NCBI RefSeq assembly: GCF_032191835.1
Contig: NC_083237.1
Coordinates: 22,630,001 to 22,694,000 of the forward strand
Source: Heteronotia binoei
Taxonomy: Eukaryota
Direction of reading: 5' to 3'
DNA: 64,000 nt
Part shown: in pieces, positions 36,973 to 49,689 of the stretch
Layout of the letters: every line of letters begins with the position of its first letter
Numbering within the stretch: position 1 is the first letter of the stretch
The notes under the pieces: generated by a model
The model's database searches: none
Seen by the model: the letters and a program-made list of their open reading frames with translations, nothing else
What the model was told of the DNA's origin: nothing
Position numbers and translations under genes: made by a program

Positions 36973-37079
36973 GAACTGGAGCGCCAAGCTGGAGATCCCA
37001 AGTGGCTTGATGTGATTGAGAAAGACCTGCACAGGCAGTTCCCCCTGCATGAGTTGTTTGTTGACCGGGGAGGCCATGG
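36973..37079 (+). CDS. TBC1D10B: TBC1D10B exon 4 (arginine finger IxxDxxR)
   Basis: [35 protein letters not shown](G); 107 nt. Confidence 0.97.
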
Positions 37080-37474
37080 GTGAGTGAATGGAAGAGGGGG
37101 AGAGGACTGCTACCCTAGGTCAGGGAGGCATCATCCAGAGTTGGGAGGTCCCTGTGCTTTTCTCAAAACCTTCTGAAATTCTGCACCTCCCGCATCCTAG
37201 ATTACTCCCACCTGGTGAGCTAGAAGGGACACTGGGTTTGCCTGCTTGGCTCTTTGAAGTGTTGCTTCATGCCGAGCAGCCTAACTCCTACACGCACATG
37301 GACACTCTTTGGCTGTTCCAGCTTCCCACCCTGCCTCTTGCACCTCTTGTTTTCCCCCGTACCTGAGGAAACTGGACTGCTGACAGCCCCCCACCTCAAT
37401 CTCTCTTTCAGCAATCCCAGTGATGTTGTGGCTCATGATCTGGGAAATGCATTGGCTTAATTGTATCATAGGCC

Positions 37475-37674
37475 TGGGGCTTTTTTGTAGAAAATGCCCA
37501 CCAGGAACTCATTTTCATATTAGGCCACACCCCCTGGCATCACCATTGTTTCACACAGGGCTTTTTTTGTAGGAAAAGCCCAGCAGGAACTCATTTGCAT
37601 ATTAGGCCACACCTCATGATGCCGAGCCAGTGGGAACTGTATTCCCATGCATTCCTGCTCAAAAAAAACCCTGA
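37475..37674 (+). mobile_element. hAT MITE (CAGGGCTTTTTTTGTAG family) with a duplicated left module
   Basis: Two tandem GGGCTTTTTTGTAG...AGGAACTCATTT(G/T)CATATTAGGCCACAC modules, then AAAAAAAACCCTG. Confidence 0.75.
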
Positions 37675-38207
37675 TAGGCCCAGTTACTAAGAACAACAAC
37701 AACACATTGAATCAAAACCAACTCATGGCATCCCCATCCATGCAGTTTCCCCATCCAGAAACAAGCAGAGGTCCTTTGCCTTCCTTTGGGAAGTAACCCT
37801 GGATTTTTTTGGAAGTCTCCCATCTGAAGTACTGTCCGTGACCAATCCTACTTAGCTTCCAGGTTCTGTTAAGCTTGTGCTAAGCTTGGCTATTTGGGCT
37901 GCTCAGAAGAAATGCCAGGGATCAAAGCTGGGACCTTGAGTGCTCCATCACTGAGCCACAGCTCCTCCCCTAAAGAAGCAGAGGCCAGGCTCAGATTTAC
38001 AGCCCCGTGCCCAAGACTGTCATGCAGCTCTGTCACTGGGTGGATCCTGGGCTGGGAATGGTGCCTCCAAGAGACCAGAGCACTACGTAACATCTTCAAA
38101 TGCTTCTCTGAGCCTCTTGGTTTACACCTGGATTAGACACCATCTCGAGCCTGGAGACAGGCTCTAGGTTCCTGGCTCTCATCCTCCGTTCTGTCTCTCG
38201 CACGCAG

Positions 38208-38322
38208 GCAGCAGGACCTCTACCGCATCCTGAAAGCCTACACTATCTACCGGCCAGAGGAAGGGTATTGCCAAGCCCAGGCCCCCGTTGCTGCAGTTTT
38301 GCTGATGAATATGCCCGCAGAG
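38208..38322 (+). CDS. TBC1D10B: TBC1D10B exon 5 (glutamine finger YxQ)
   Basis: [38 protein letters not shown]; 115 nt. Confidence 0.97.
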
Positions 38323-38966
38323 GTAAGGAACTGTTCCACTGCATTGTCTTGTTTAGGTGTTCTCCAAAAGGCACAGAGCATAATGGAGCATAAAGGCATG
38401 GAGAATTCTCGGCCGGCCAGTGTAGCTATTGCATGGCATCAGTCTGAATATTAACAATCCAGCGTCAGATCCAGAGATTTTGGGCTCCTCAGGCCATGGT
38501 ACGAGGCCTCCCCAGTGGCAGCTCCTCTTCAGGACCATTGCCTCTTGAAGCTCACCCACGTGTGGTTGGGATCTCGTTCCCTCCTAGCTGAATCAGAACA
38601 TTTGCAGCTGGCAGTTGAATGGCAAAACATGGCCATTCTAGTTAAACGAGGCTCACATCTTGTTTTTATTTCCTTGGGGGGGTGATTCAGCACACATCTG
38701 CCCACAGCTGAGGAAGAAACATTAATTTGTACAAAACAACAACAGTATAGTTCATGGTATTCAAGGTCAAAAGTTCATTGGAAACAGAACCAACATTGAA
38801 GACTTTGAACAGTGGTTCCACTTGCTTCACAGGAACTTTCTGAGAAATGGTTTATAAATATCAAAGTCAAGCGATTCCCCAACAAATTGATTCTAAACAA
38901 TATTGCATCTCCTGCATTAAGTTCTCTGTGGAGTTTGATATTATGTAATGATGGAGCCCAAAAGCC

Positions 38967-39055
38967 TCTAAAGTATTTCATAGCATGATGGTAAATAGTA
39001 CAGCAGAGCCTCAGCCTGCTGTACTATTTACCATTCTGTTATGAAATATTTTAGA
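38967..39055. repeat. Near-perfect inverted repeat: 40-bp arms, 9-nt loop
   Basis: Arms 38967-39006 and 39016-39055 match at 36/40 positions; the inner 19 bp are perfect. Confidence 0.95.
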
Positions 39056-39326
39056 AGGAGAAGATATTAGATTTATATCCCACCCTCCACTCCGAATGTC
39101 AGAGTCTCAGAGCGGCTCACAATCTCCTCTATCTTCCTCCCCCACAACAGACACCCTGTGAGGTGGATGGGACTGAGATAGCTCTTACAGTCCTTTCAAG
39201 GATAACTCCTGCAAGAACTGTGGCTGACCTAGGGCCATTCCAGCAGGTGCAAGTGGAGGAATGGGGAATCAAACCTGATTCTCCCAGATAAGAGTCCACA
39301 CACTTAACCACTACACCGAACTGGCT
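39054..39326 (-). mobile_element. tRNA-derived SINE, same family as 4076-4351
   Basis: - strand head AGCCAGTTCGGTGTAGTGGTTAAG and B box GGTTTGATTCCC. Confidence 0.85.
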
Positions 39327-39780
39327 CTCAAGAGGCATTTGCGCTCCATCATTACATAATTTGTACCTTGTGGTCATTGCCCCACATCTGTGATTCCTCT
39401 CTTGGACGTAGCTATAATCTTGACAAAGGAAGGATCCGAAACGGTGCATATCAAATTCCATATTTATAGACAATTTCTTGAAAGGTTCCTGTGAAGCAAG
39501 TAGAATCCCTTGTTCACTGTTTGAAGTCTTCAATGTTGGTTCTGTTTCCAGTGGACTTCTGACTTTGAATGCCATGGATGACATTGAGAGAGAAATGTTG
39601 CAGTCAAGACAGGAGGAAGGATGGCCCCAGGCTAGAAGGCTCACCGGCTGAACTTCATAGCACTTGGTTGCCTTCAGTGGGAGAGCAAGCTAGGATTCTT
39701 GGATGGAGACTATAGGTTGTGAGGATGTGGCTGCCCAGGGGGCTCCTGCTAAGGAACTGTCTGTCTTGCTCTCTCTGCAG

Positions 39781-39846
39781 CATGCTTTCTGGTGCCTGGT
39801 GCAAATCTGCGACAAATATCTCCCTGGGTACTACAGTGCAGGACTG
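39781..39846 (+). CDS. TBC1D10B: TBC1D10B exon 6
   Basis: HAFWCLVQICDKYLPGYYSAGL; 66 nt. Confidence 0.97.
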
Positions 39847-39954
39847 GTGAGTGTGACCGCATTCTTGGAAGGAAAAGGAATGAGTGACTTTTAGTACTTC
39901 ATAAGGGAAATGCCCTCTGTGCTGTTCTGAAATCCTTCTTGGACAGGAGTTTCC

Positions 39955-40072
39955 AGGGCTTTTTTTTCCAGCAAGAATGTACAGGAACACAGTTCCGGCT
40001 GGCTTGTCATCAGGAGGTGTGGCCTAATATGCAAATCAGTTCCTGCTGGGCTTTTTCTCCCCAAAAAGCCCC
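39955..40072 (-). mobile_element. hAT MITE, CAGGGCTTTTTTT family
   Basis: TIRs present; ATGCAAAT at 40029-40036. Confidence 0.7.
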
Positions 40073-41359
40073 GGGAGTTTCCCTTCTTCCTCCTGATGAC
40101 TGTGCCTAGAGATCGGTATCCTAGGATTCTCTTGCTCTCTGCTTTCCAGAGAAAGGAGAGCCTTTCCAGAGACCCCTGGAGAAGGGCTCTGGAAGCGTCT
40201 AGATTAGAAATATTCACAGTGCAAATGTGTTTTTAAAAAGAACACACATGCCTGTGTTTTTACATTTGTTTCTCTGTCAAGACCAATTCCCATGGCTGAG
40301 TTAAAAAAAAATATTAGTCTGTTTGCAGCCAAATTTTCTTTCTCTCACACACACATATATACACCCACCGGTCAACTTGAAATCTCTTGGTAGAGAGCAG
40401 GCTCACTGTGCGCTCAGATGCCTGGTGCTGGTTTTGTAACACCTTGCATGCAGCAGCTGGCAGGCAAAGCTGACTTCCATCTCCAAAAGATTAACCTAGT
40501 TTGAAAAAAGGAGCTGCAACATTTACTGAGCAGTCAGGTTGCTTAATTGACTAAAAAGGTAACCTGGTTTAGGTTCCGCCCCCCCCCCAGACCTTGTTTG
40601 ACATACAACTCCCTAGGGAAAACGGGAGCAGCAGCAGATGCTGTCTCCCTCTCTTCCATTTTCTCCACACGGCCTCTGTGCCTAAGCATCCTCTAAAAAC
40701 AAAGGATGCTTTCATCAGTAGAACACTTCCTGCGCAAACACATGCATAGATTTCATTGGTTTCTTGAATGGTGACAGCTCTGTTTGAGAACTGGGAAGTG
40801 GAACCGCTGGTCAGGAATGAAGGTATATTGTTAATTAAACGAAAAACTTTTTCATATAAGCTGGGGGGGGGAGGGGAAGGTTGGTTGGCTGGCTGTTTGA
40901 TTCTAGCCCTCTAGGGCTCTATAACAGAAGACTCTGTGCCTCTAACAGCTTGCAGAGCAGGTAGGGATCAGGTGACACTTTCCCTCAGCATCAATGTATG
41001 TCCACTCTAGGAAAAGGTTCATCTCTGTGTTCCCCTTGCCTTTTTACAGGCTCCCTTGAACAGCTGCATAGAAGACACTGCCCTCCTGCCTCTCTGGGGC
41101 TCCTGCAGGGCTGTAGAGTTTTTGCCTCCTTCCCCATCTCATAACAGTTAGATCACCCTGCCTCCTGCAGAAGCTGTAGATGCTTACTGTGTGCGTGGAT
41201 GTGTACAGCGCATGCATGTTCTTTTGAACCTCTGGCTCCTCTTTTTCTCAGTCAAGGGCAGTGATAAGATAGAAAATGGAAGCAGGCGGGGGAACAGAAA
41301 GAGGGTGCCGTTTTCAGGGTCTCCAACTACTTCTTCACCCTAAAACATATCTTGTGCAG

Positions 41360-41549
41360 GAGGCAATCCAGCTGGACGGGGAGATCTTCTTTGCTCTTTT
41401 ACGGCGAGTGTCCCCCATTGCCTACCGCCACCTGAAGAGGTACAAGATCGACCCCATCTTGTATATGACCGAGTGGTTTATGTGCGTCTTCTCCCGGACC
41501 TTGCCCTGGTGCTCCGTATTGCGCGTTTGGGACATGTTCTTCTGCGAAG
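41360..41549 (+). CDS. TBC1D10B: TBC1D10B exon 7
   Basis: [63 protein letters not shown](G); 190 nt. Confidence 0.97.
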
Positions 41550-41720
41550 GTGAGACTCGGCCTTCTGGCCCCATAAAGCCTTGCACGTTTGGTCACTTGG
41601 GGTCCTTTCTTTCCCAGTTGACAGGGAAAGCGACCTCCCCAGAGACAAAACTATTCTCTTTTCTAGAAACGCACTTTGTCTTTTTCCCTACCTGGACTTC
41701 CGTTATTAAACAGCAGGAAG

Positions 41721-41901
41721 CAGGGACTTTTTTGTAGCAGGAACTCCTTTGCATATTACGCCACAATCCCTGATGTTGCCAATCCTTCAAGAGCTTACAG
41801 GGCTCTTAGTACAGGGCTTACTGTAAGCTCCAGGAGGACTGGCTACATCAGGGGTGTGTGGCCTAATATGCAAAGGAGTTCCTGCTACAGAAGAAGCCCT
41901 G
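41721..41901. mobile_element. Complete palindromic hAT MITE (long type)
   Basis: Long inverted arms; TSD GCAGGAAG/GAAGGAAG. Another copy at 43768-43935. Confidence 0.88.
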
Positions 41902-42180
41902 GAAGGAAGATTCCCAAGCCACTGCTGACCTGGTTATAGCCTGAGGCTTAGGAATTTGTTTAACAAGAAAGATAAGAGCTCCTAAATTTCTAGGCTACCC
42001 TCCACCCAGTCCCATACTTAACATGCTTATCCCCAGATCTGCTTTGTCCATTCATCGAATGAAGTCCCCAGGTCCCTCCTGCACTTTCCCCGCATCTCAC
42101 ATAGAGGAAGGCTCCTCCACCCCCCACCCGTATATACAGCCTGTGCCACTCTTCCCTCTCTCGACTTGTGATTCACACAG

Positions 42181-42335
42181 GGGTGAAGATAATTTTCCGA
42201 GTGGGCCTGGTGCTGCTGCGGAACACCCTGGGCTCAGTTGACAAGCTGCGCTCGTGCCAGGGCATGTATGAGACGATGGAGAAGCTTCGAAACCTGCCGG
42301 CCCAGGCTATGCAAGAGGACTACCTGGTCCGCGAG
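42181..42335 (+). CDS. TBC1D10B: TBC1D10B exon 8
   Basis: [51 protein letters not shown]; 155 nt. Confidence 0.97.
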
Positions 42336-43149
42336 GTGAGAGCTCTGGCACGGGGATGTTGCGCCAAATAGAGAAGCCAGTGAGGTGAAGCTGGAGGGGA
42401 GAAAGTTGGATCCTGGGCGGAAAACATGATGTCAGTTGCAGACGGTCAGACAGGACATGGCTGAGGGTTTACAGATGAGGTAGACATTCCTAAGAAACGC
42501 CACGTTTAAACAAAGATGCCTGGTACTGTCTGACACCAGCACTGGCCATTTCAGACTTGGCCACATCCCCTTGTGGTAGGTGATCACTGTAGCTTCTGGG
42601 TCATCATCAGTTTGAATCTCTAGATTTTTGTTGGCAGCCATGAGGACTAGAAACCTGTTTTTGGAAAGACATAGAACAAAACTTGAGTCCAGTGGCGCCC
42701 TGGAGACCAAACAAAGTTTTATTCTGGGTATAAACTTTTGTGTGCATCCTTTCCATATGTTAGCTTCATAGATTCTGCGCTTGCCCAATAAGCAGTCAGG
42801 TATGTGGCCCCTTGTAAAAGTTTACTAGATTTGGACTTTGTTTGTTCAAAACAGAACTTTAGCATCTTCAGACATCTGATACAACATTTCCCTAGTCAGA
42901 CATGAAGACTCTGCATTCCGTCATTGCTTTTTAGAGGGACTTTGAATCACATGCCCATAAAAGAGGGCTATAATCTGGATGTCAATAAAAACGTTTTGTG
43001 TTGTTTCCCATAAGTCTCTGTGATTCGGGAAGGGGGGAAGGTGGTAGTTTAAGGAAAGCTGATGATCTGAGGTTCCAGCTAGATAATAAGGAGAAGGCTG
43101 CATTGTTCTTTCTCTGCATTGTTAAAAGCCCAGAGTCAGTCTGAGTGGG

Positions 43150-43415
43150 GGCATAAGCTGAAGTGAACGAAAGGTGGGTGCAGGAAGATTGTTTAAGACT
43201 GGCTTCAAAAAGAGAGTGGACGCATTCATGGAGGATGGGGCTGTCGATGGCTGCTAGTCATGACTCATATCTCCTCCCTCCAGCACGAGAGGCAGCCGCT
43301 GGGGAGCATGGGTAGGAGGAGGATGCTGGTGGGCTTCCAGCTGGTCAGGCAGTGTGTGAACGGGATGCTGGACCTGATGGGCCTCTGATCTGATCCAGCA
43401 GGGCTTTCTTGGGTC
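43150..43415 (+). mobile_element. Old CR1 3'-end fragment
   Basis: GGATGCTGGACCTGATGGGCCTCTGATCTGATCCAGCAGGGCTTTCTT, typical of a CR1 3' UTR. Confidence 0.6.
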
Positions 43416-43767
43416 CTTATTTTCTTCATCTTCTGTACTGTTGTCCTCTTTTTCCCCAAGCCCCCCAGTTTTTTAGCAGGGAGACATATGGGGTGCCCTG
43501 GGAAGGATGAGTTTGAGCTGAAGCACAGCCAGGAGGAATAGATTAAGCAGGTTTCTCTCTTCCAACTTGCATCTTGCCAAGAGGTTGGTTTTTGTTTCCG
43601 AAAAGGCAAAAAGTTCTGTTTAATGGATAGACTGAACAAATTCAAAATAAGACGAAGGTTTTTTTAAAGTAAAACAAGATAAAAGGAAAAATGCAGCTTG
43701 AATGTCAGCACCAGGTGGGCTTCTGGGGAGGGGAGGTCCTGCCATAGTCTCCAACACAGCTTTTTTT

Positions 43768-43935
43768 GTAGCAGGAACTCCTTGGCATATTAGGCCACAC
43801 ATCCTCTGATGTAGCCAGTCCTCCTGGAGCTTACAGTAGACCCTGTACTAAGAGCCCTGTAAGCTCGTGGAGGGTTGGCTACATCAGGGGGTGTGGCCTT
43901 ATATGTGAAAGAGTTCCTGCTGCAAAAAAAGCCCT
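43768..43935. mobile_element. Palindromic hAT MITE (long type), left TIR eroded
   Basis: Similar to 41721-41901. Confidence 0.8.
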
Positions 43936-44078
43936 GGTCTTGAATAAGCAAGCTTCTCGCTGTCTGTGTGGGGTGGTGCCAGGTAAAGGTACACTTGATA
44001 GGCAGAAGGGCTGTAGTGGGAAAGGATGCCACCGGGACCATTCTTCTCACCTCTGTTTCTGTCTCTCTCCTTGTTCAG

Positions 44079-44801
44079 GTGGTGAATCTCCCAGTGACCG
44101 AAGCCATCATAGAACGAGAGAACGCCACCCAGCTGAAGAAGTGGCGGGAGACGCGGGGTGAGCTCCAGTACAAGCCCTCCCGGCGGCTCCACAGCTCGCA
44201 AGCCATCCACGAGGAGCGCCACCGCATGAACCCGCCCCTCACAGCCAGCGCCAGCCTCTTGAGCCTCACGGGCCTGAAGCAAAGGGTTACTTATGGCAGC
44301 ATCAGCGGCCCATCCTTCTCCCCAGCACACTCCGTGGGCACCTTGGCTGCCTCGGTGGCTCCCCCTCCAGCCCCTCCCGTGACCCCGAGCCAGGTGGTGG
44401 TATCCGAAGGGCTCCATCCAGCCTTGCCCTCCCCCACAGGAAACAACATGCCCCTCGGCAGCCCCAAGACAATTGCGGGCAGCAGCAAAGAGGAGAAGCG
44501 GAAAGAGAAGGAGCGGGAAAAGCAAGAGAGACTGGAGAAGGAGAAGCAGAAGCAGGAGAGGGAGCACGAGCGGAAGCTGCAGAAGGAGCGGGAGAAGAAG
44601 GAGAAAGAGCGGGAGAGGCAGGAAAAAGAACGGGAGAAGAAGCTGCAGAAGGAACGAGCCAAAGAGGAAGCCCGGCTGAAGAAGGACCGGAAGCTGTCGC
44701 TGAGGAAAAAGGAATCCAAATCGGCTCAGCCACCGCCCAGCGAGGAAGGAAGAGATGGGGATGCTCCGACGGCGTCTGTGCTGCAAGACACATACTTTTG
44801 A
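44079..44801 (+). CDS. TBC1D10B: TBC1D10B last exon (EK-rich coiled coil, C-terminal PDZ ligand DTYF)
   Basis: VVNLPVTEAIIERENATQLKKWRETRGELQYKPSRRLH...EGLHPALPSPTGN...RKLSLRKK...QDTYF*. The nine exons total 2436 nt = 811 aa plus stop. Confidence 0.97.
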   Translation: MVNLPVTEAIIERENATQLKKWRETRGELQYKPSRRLHSSQAIHEERHRMNPPLTASASLLSLTGLKQRVTYGSISGPSFSPAHSVGTLAASVAPPPAPPVTPSQVVVSEGLHPALPSPTGNNMPLGSPKTIAGSSKEEKRKEKEREKQERLEKEKQKQEREHERKLQKEREKKEKERERQEKEREKKLQKERAKEEARLKKDRKLSLRKKESKSAQPPPSEEGRDGDAPTASVLQDTYF

Positions 44802-47268
44802 GGAGGGCTGGGGGGGCAGCAGGTGCCCCAGTGACTCCCTCCCTTCAGCCAAGGACCAAGATGGTGGCCAACACCAGGGACACTTTTATTGTGGTAGGGG
44901 GACCCAGAGGAGAGGAGGAGTGCCGAGGGGAACCGCCCAGTGTGGGGCCACAGTGGGTAGAGCAGTGTTTTATTGAGTGTCCGTGTGCTCGCCTCTCTCT
45001 TTGCGTGCCTGATTTGAGGTGGACTGACCCCTCCCCCCCTCCTCCGACCCTTCATCTTTGTTACTGAATAGGGCCAAAACAAGATGGCTGCTGTTCTCCC
45101 AGCGGGCGCTCCACTGCAGATTTTTCACCATGGGCTACCAGTGCAGCGGTACCTTCCCTGCTCCCAGCTTGGAGACATAACCACAGCAGTACCGGTATTA
45201 ATAACTCCAGCATCCTCCCTCTCAAGTACTGTATATAGAATCTTCCCTGTTTACAGCTCTTTTACTACTGCAGGCCGCGTGGGCCACCTCCCTCCAGAGA
45301 GGCTAGTTTTAAAAGCGGTCCTCCCAGCACTACCCTTCGATCTTCTAACTCTTCTTCCATTCCTTACATTCTTGCTGGATGTTTCGCTGCTCCAGCCTAG
45401 ACCTGATGAGCTCCCGAAAGGCTAGCAAGAGACATCCCCTTTAAGCCCTCTTCCGTCTCTTGCCCCTGGCCCCTTGCATGGTTACTTAGCAGCCTAGGAT
45501 TGCTGCCATTTGCTTGTTCCTTTAAGAGCCACTTGGCAGGCAGAAATTTGTAAGGTGGGCTGAAGGGGGTTTTTTGCCTGCCATGTCCACCATTCAAGGT
45601 AAGGGATCTCTGTCAGGAGAGGTGTGGCAGCTCAGCCATTCACCTGCCATTAGAATTGCATTTGTGCAGGAGGGCCGGGGGAGCAGCAGTCGGGTGCATA
45701 GCTATGGCTGTCCCGATTCCTGGGGGAAGCGCAATCCATCATCAAGGAAGGAGAAGTTGATGCATTCCCTGTGCAGGAGTTCTGCCTTCCAGCTCATGCA
45801 TTCCTGAAGTATAAGCGAGGCGGGGAAACAGGCTTTGTTGGCAATGTTTCTCTGGCTCGTATTCAACCAAAACTTCATAGGAACTTCTGCCAACCCAGGA
45901 AGGTGCTTGTTCGGTTTTTTGCAAATTTCTATCTGCCTCCCACCTCCTTCCTTTTCCAGTTAGAAATATTGTCCTTTACTGTTAGGATGAATCCAGCCCC
46001 CTGCTTCGGCTGCTGGAGACCTAGAATGCATTTCCATTATCAGTTTAAACCAAGTCAACGAGGAGCTCACCCAAAGAATTAAAAGTTTTGAGAAATGCCG
46101 CAAAGGAAAATGAAGAGTACCCTATAAAACAAGGGGAATGTATCATCTTTGTGGTCTGCTGGGCGGCCTCAAAAGAGCATCGCGTGTCATTCCCCGTCCC
46201 AGTCCTCCTCCTCGTTACCACAGGGTGCTTGCTAACCCCTTGGTGGTCTTGAGACATTTCTGGTGCCCTGCAGTCTGGAGAGGCCTGCCACCCCTGCAGT
46301 AGCCACAGACGAGCAGGAGTCGAGAGCTGGCACTGTGCTCAGTCTGTTGGAAAAGGGGATTTAGGGAAGGAGGCTGGGCTCTTCGCTTTCGGCCTGCCAA
46401 GCTGCACCACAACTTTGACTTGGGATTTGGGTACCTTTCATAACTCATCTTTTGGCCCCCTGCTCCTCCTTCCAGCTTCTGCAGAAGCATTCTCACCTCC
46501 CCTTTAGGCCGCAGCCTCTGCAGTCCTGAGCAGCTGGAGCCAGGGAACCTCTTTTAAATTCTTGCTTCCCAGAACTTACTTGCTGTCAAATGACAGCTTT
46601 TCCCAAAGTCCGCTGTCTCCCCCCACTCCAGTGACTCCAGGGGAGGGGGGGAAAGCCCCTATTAGCGCATCCCCATCTCTGTACATAACTTCTTCCTATA
46701 ACACATATATTATATATATGTTTCAGTATTGTAATTATGTATACAGGTACTTGAGATTTTTGAATTTTTTTTTTGACCTTGTGTTCTTATTTAACGGGAC
46801 AGACACTGGAAATTAGGGATTCATCCAAATCTACTCCCTCGCCTTTTATATTATTTTTTTTAGCTTTCCACCAGCCTAATCAGGAAGAGCAGAAAAACTG
46901 GAAGTTTACAGCTGACATCTCCTTGCTGTGCTCCTTGTTAATAACTTTTTTTTTGTCATTTGTGCCTCGTTTTCATTGAATTCCCCCCCCCATTGCTTTG
47001 TTTAAAAATGTTAACAAAAGAAACAACATTCAAGCTCTCGGAGTGTCTCCGCTGATTGAGGGTGCGGTGGGATGCCTTGTATAGGAATGCCATATTCATG
47101 GCTGGGGAGAGGGGGAAGCTTTTGTCTGTGGAAAGATATACAGCAGGGCCTATAGTTCAAGTTCTGCACCGCAGGTTGCTGGTTGCCTCCCTAAGACCTC
47201 AGAGAACTGCTTGGCAGTCTGAGTGGGAAAAACCAGTGGTTGGGCTTCATTCCAAGAATGATGATGGC

Positions 47269-47458
47269 CAGTGTTCTCTCTAAGCTGAGTTAGCGTGAGC
47301 TAGCTCACAGATTTTTAGCCTCCAGCTCACACATTTTTGTCTTAGCTCAGTAAAAATGGCCCTAGAGAACAATTATGCAGTAACTCACAACTTTAATGCC
47401 AGTAGCTCACAAAGTAGAGTTTTTGCTCGCAAGACTCTTCAGCTTAGAGGGAACATTG
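47269..47458 (+). mobile_element. Complete hAT MITE (CAGTGTTCCCTCTAAG family)
   Basis: TIRs present; TSD ATGATGGC/GTGATGGC. Confidence 0.88.
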
Positions 47459-47694
47459 GTGATGGCTGGTGGGATGGCCTCTTTCCAGCATGGTGTAGCA
47501 GGTTATGGGTTAGACTAGAGTCTGGGAGACCCAGGTTTGAATCCCTGCTCTTCTAGGGGGACCTGGAGTCAGTCATACTCTCTTAGCCTCACCTACCTCG
47601 CAGGTCTGTTGTGAGGATGAAACGGATGAGCAGATAATGATATAAGCTGCTTTGGATCCACATCAAGGGGAAAAGTAGGTATCAGTGAAGTACA

Positions 47695-48500
47695 TGATTT
47701 GGCCCCCGTTTTTCTTTATGGCTCAGCTATTTGGATTAAAACTAAATCTGATAATATCAACCAACCCTTAGCACAATTTGTTAAGAAAATACTGAATATC
47801 CCCTGTTGTGTGTCTAAAGTTGCATTGCGAGCAGAATTTGGACAGCTGTCCTTAGAAGTAAGAAACTGGCTATATGCCTTTAAACAGATTAAAATCGCTG
47901 TATGCTGAAGATGGTTTGTTAGATGGTCTAAATCAGGATACCCACACATTGCCTTGGATAAAAGCTCTGGATGAGAAACTGATGGTAGTTGGAATGTCAA
48001 TTGATATTTTTGAGATTGGCAAATCCAAAGCATTTTCTCTGATCAAAAAATGTGTCCTTAGAAATCAACCGTAGCAGCTTGATCCTGAGGGGCTGTAGAC
48101 TTTGCTCACTTTGGTCATTTGGTCTTTCTTTCCCAGACTCGATCTGCAATATCATGAGGTAGTAAGTAGCACAGGCAGACCCCCTATGTGTACTGTCTTA
48201 TGATATTGCACAACGTTCTTGTTTGCAAGGTTGAATATTAGCCCCACAATGGTTTTACAGTGGAGTTTTTTTAATAGGTCCTATTCTGACAGAATTTACC
48301 CTTAATAGGATTGATGCATCCTTAAATGTCCTGCTCGAATGTAGGTTCTTTGAAAATATATGGGATCATTATATGAAGCTTTTAATTAATCAACCATCCC
48401 CTTATACTCCAGAAACTCTGGCTCTTTTGTTTAGCAATAAAGAATCTAACTGTACCTTAGCAATTGCAAAATATGTCCTTTTAGCCCTTGCATCCAAAAA
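47695..48500 (+). mobile_element. Decayed non-LTR retrotransposon, C-terminal RT region (clade not assigned)
   Basis: Remnant peptide LYGSAIW...KKILNIPCCVSKVALRAEFG. A related decayed copy lies at about 59715-60430 (-). Confidence 0.5.
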
Positions 48501-49689
48501 ATAAGGAATAAGTACTTTCCACTGCTCAAGATTTATGAATCAATGAGCTTCTAAGGAAGTGAAAAGAAAGGAAGTAGATAATAGATCAAGTTACATCACT
48601 GCAACACATTTGTTTGTGGTTATGAACTGGGTTGGGTCATCCATCCCAAGGGCCATTGGCTAGCTTTACCCATTGGGGCTGGATCAGATTTGTCATTGTT
48701 ATACACACCCTTCCCCTTCTGACAGCTTGTGGCATGAAGGAGGCTTATTCAGTTTTATCACAACAACCCTGCCAAGTAGGTAAAGCTTGAGAGACTGGCC
48801 CCAGGCTTCATGCTTGAATTCCGTCTCCCTAGTCCAAGCCCAACACTCTATCCATGACAGCACTGTGGTTCTCAAACTCACTTGTTTTATTTGGTGCATT
48901 TTATCCTGCTTTCAAGGAGTTCAAAATGGTGTGCACAATCCTCCCTTCCTCCGTTTTATCCTCGCACCAACCCTGAGAGGTGGGGAAGTTGAGAGAAGGT
49001 GACTGGCCCAAGGTTACTCAATAAGCTTCATGGCAAGTGGGTATTTGAACCCAAATCTCAGCTTGACCTACACCACCATCAATCTGGTTCTATAAGCTAA
49101 CAGGCCAGTGATACGCAAGACTATCAATAAATTTATCTGTTGGGTCTGTCAAGAACTTGAGTGACAGGGAGGCTACTGTGTGGAGGAATGTGGACTCAAA
49201 GGAACCAGGCATAACATTTAGACTGGTGATGAGAATTTGACTTCAAATCATTGGAAGAATCAAGGTCTGAGGTGTTCTTTCCAGTTGCTGGAAACAGTCT
49301 CCTTAGCTTTAAACCTGAGCTGGATGACTATGTAACAAGAGAACTACATAGTGGAATTAAGATGGGCAAATTATTTATGATATAGTGGACATGATACCGC
49401 AATAGCAGAGTACTGCTTTGGAAGCAGAAGGCCCTGGATTCAATCCCTGTTAAAGGATTGCAAAGAGGACTGAGGAAGACTGCTAAGGCAGGGGTCCCCA
49501 ACATAGTGCCCCCTCCACAGCTGTCCTGGTGCCCGCCAAGTGCTTTTAGAAAGTGGGTGGGGCTTTTTTGCCCAGCAGGGCTTCTGACTGGCTGTGCTGG
49601 TTAAAAGGCATCCTGTTAAACAGCTGGCCTGCTGATACTGGGTTAGAATTCTGTGATCACGACTGATGGACTGTTAGGATCAAATTATA

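Noticed and set aside
43899-44852. 317-aa and 142-aa antisense ORFs opposite the last TBC1D10B exon
   Set aside because: These mirror the purine-rich EK repeat (Leu/Phe/Ser-rich low complexity), which avoids stops on the other strand. No domain or splice support.
44802-47040. TBC1D10B poly(A) site
   Set aside because: No canonical AATAAA found (only ATTAAA at 46078), so the 3' end cannot be placed.
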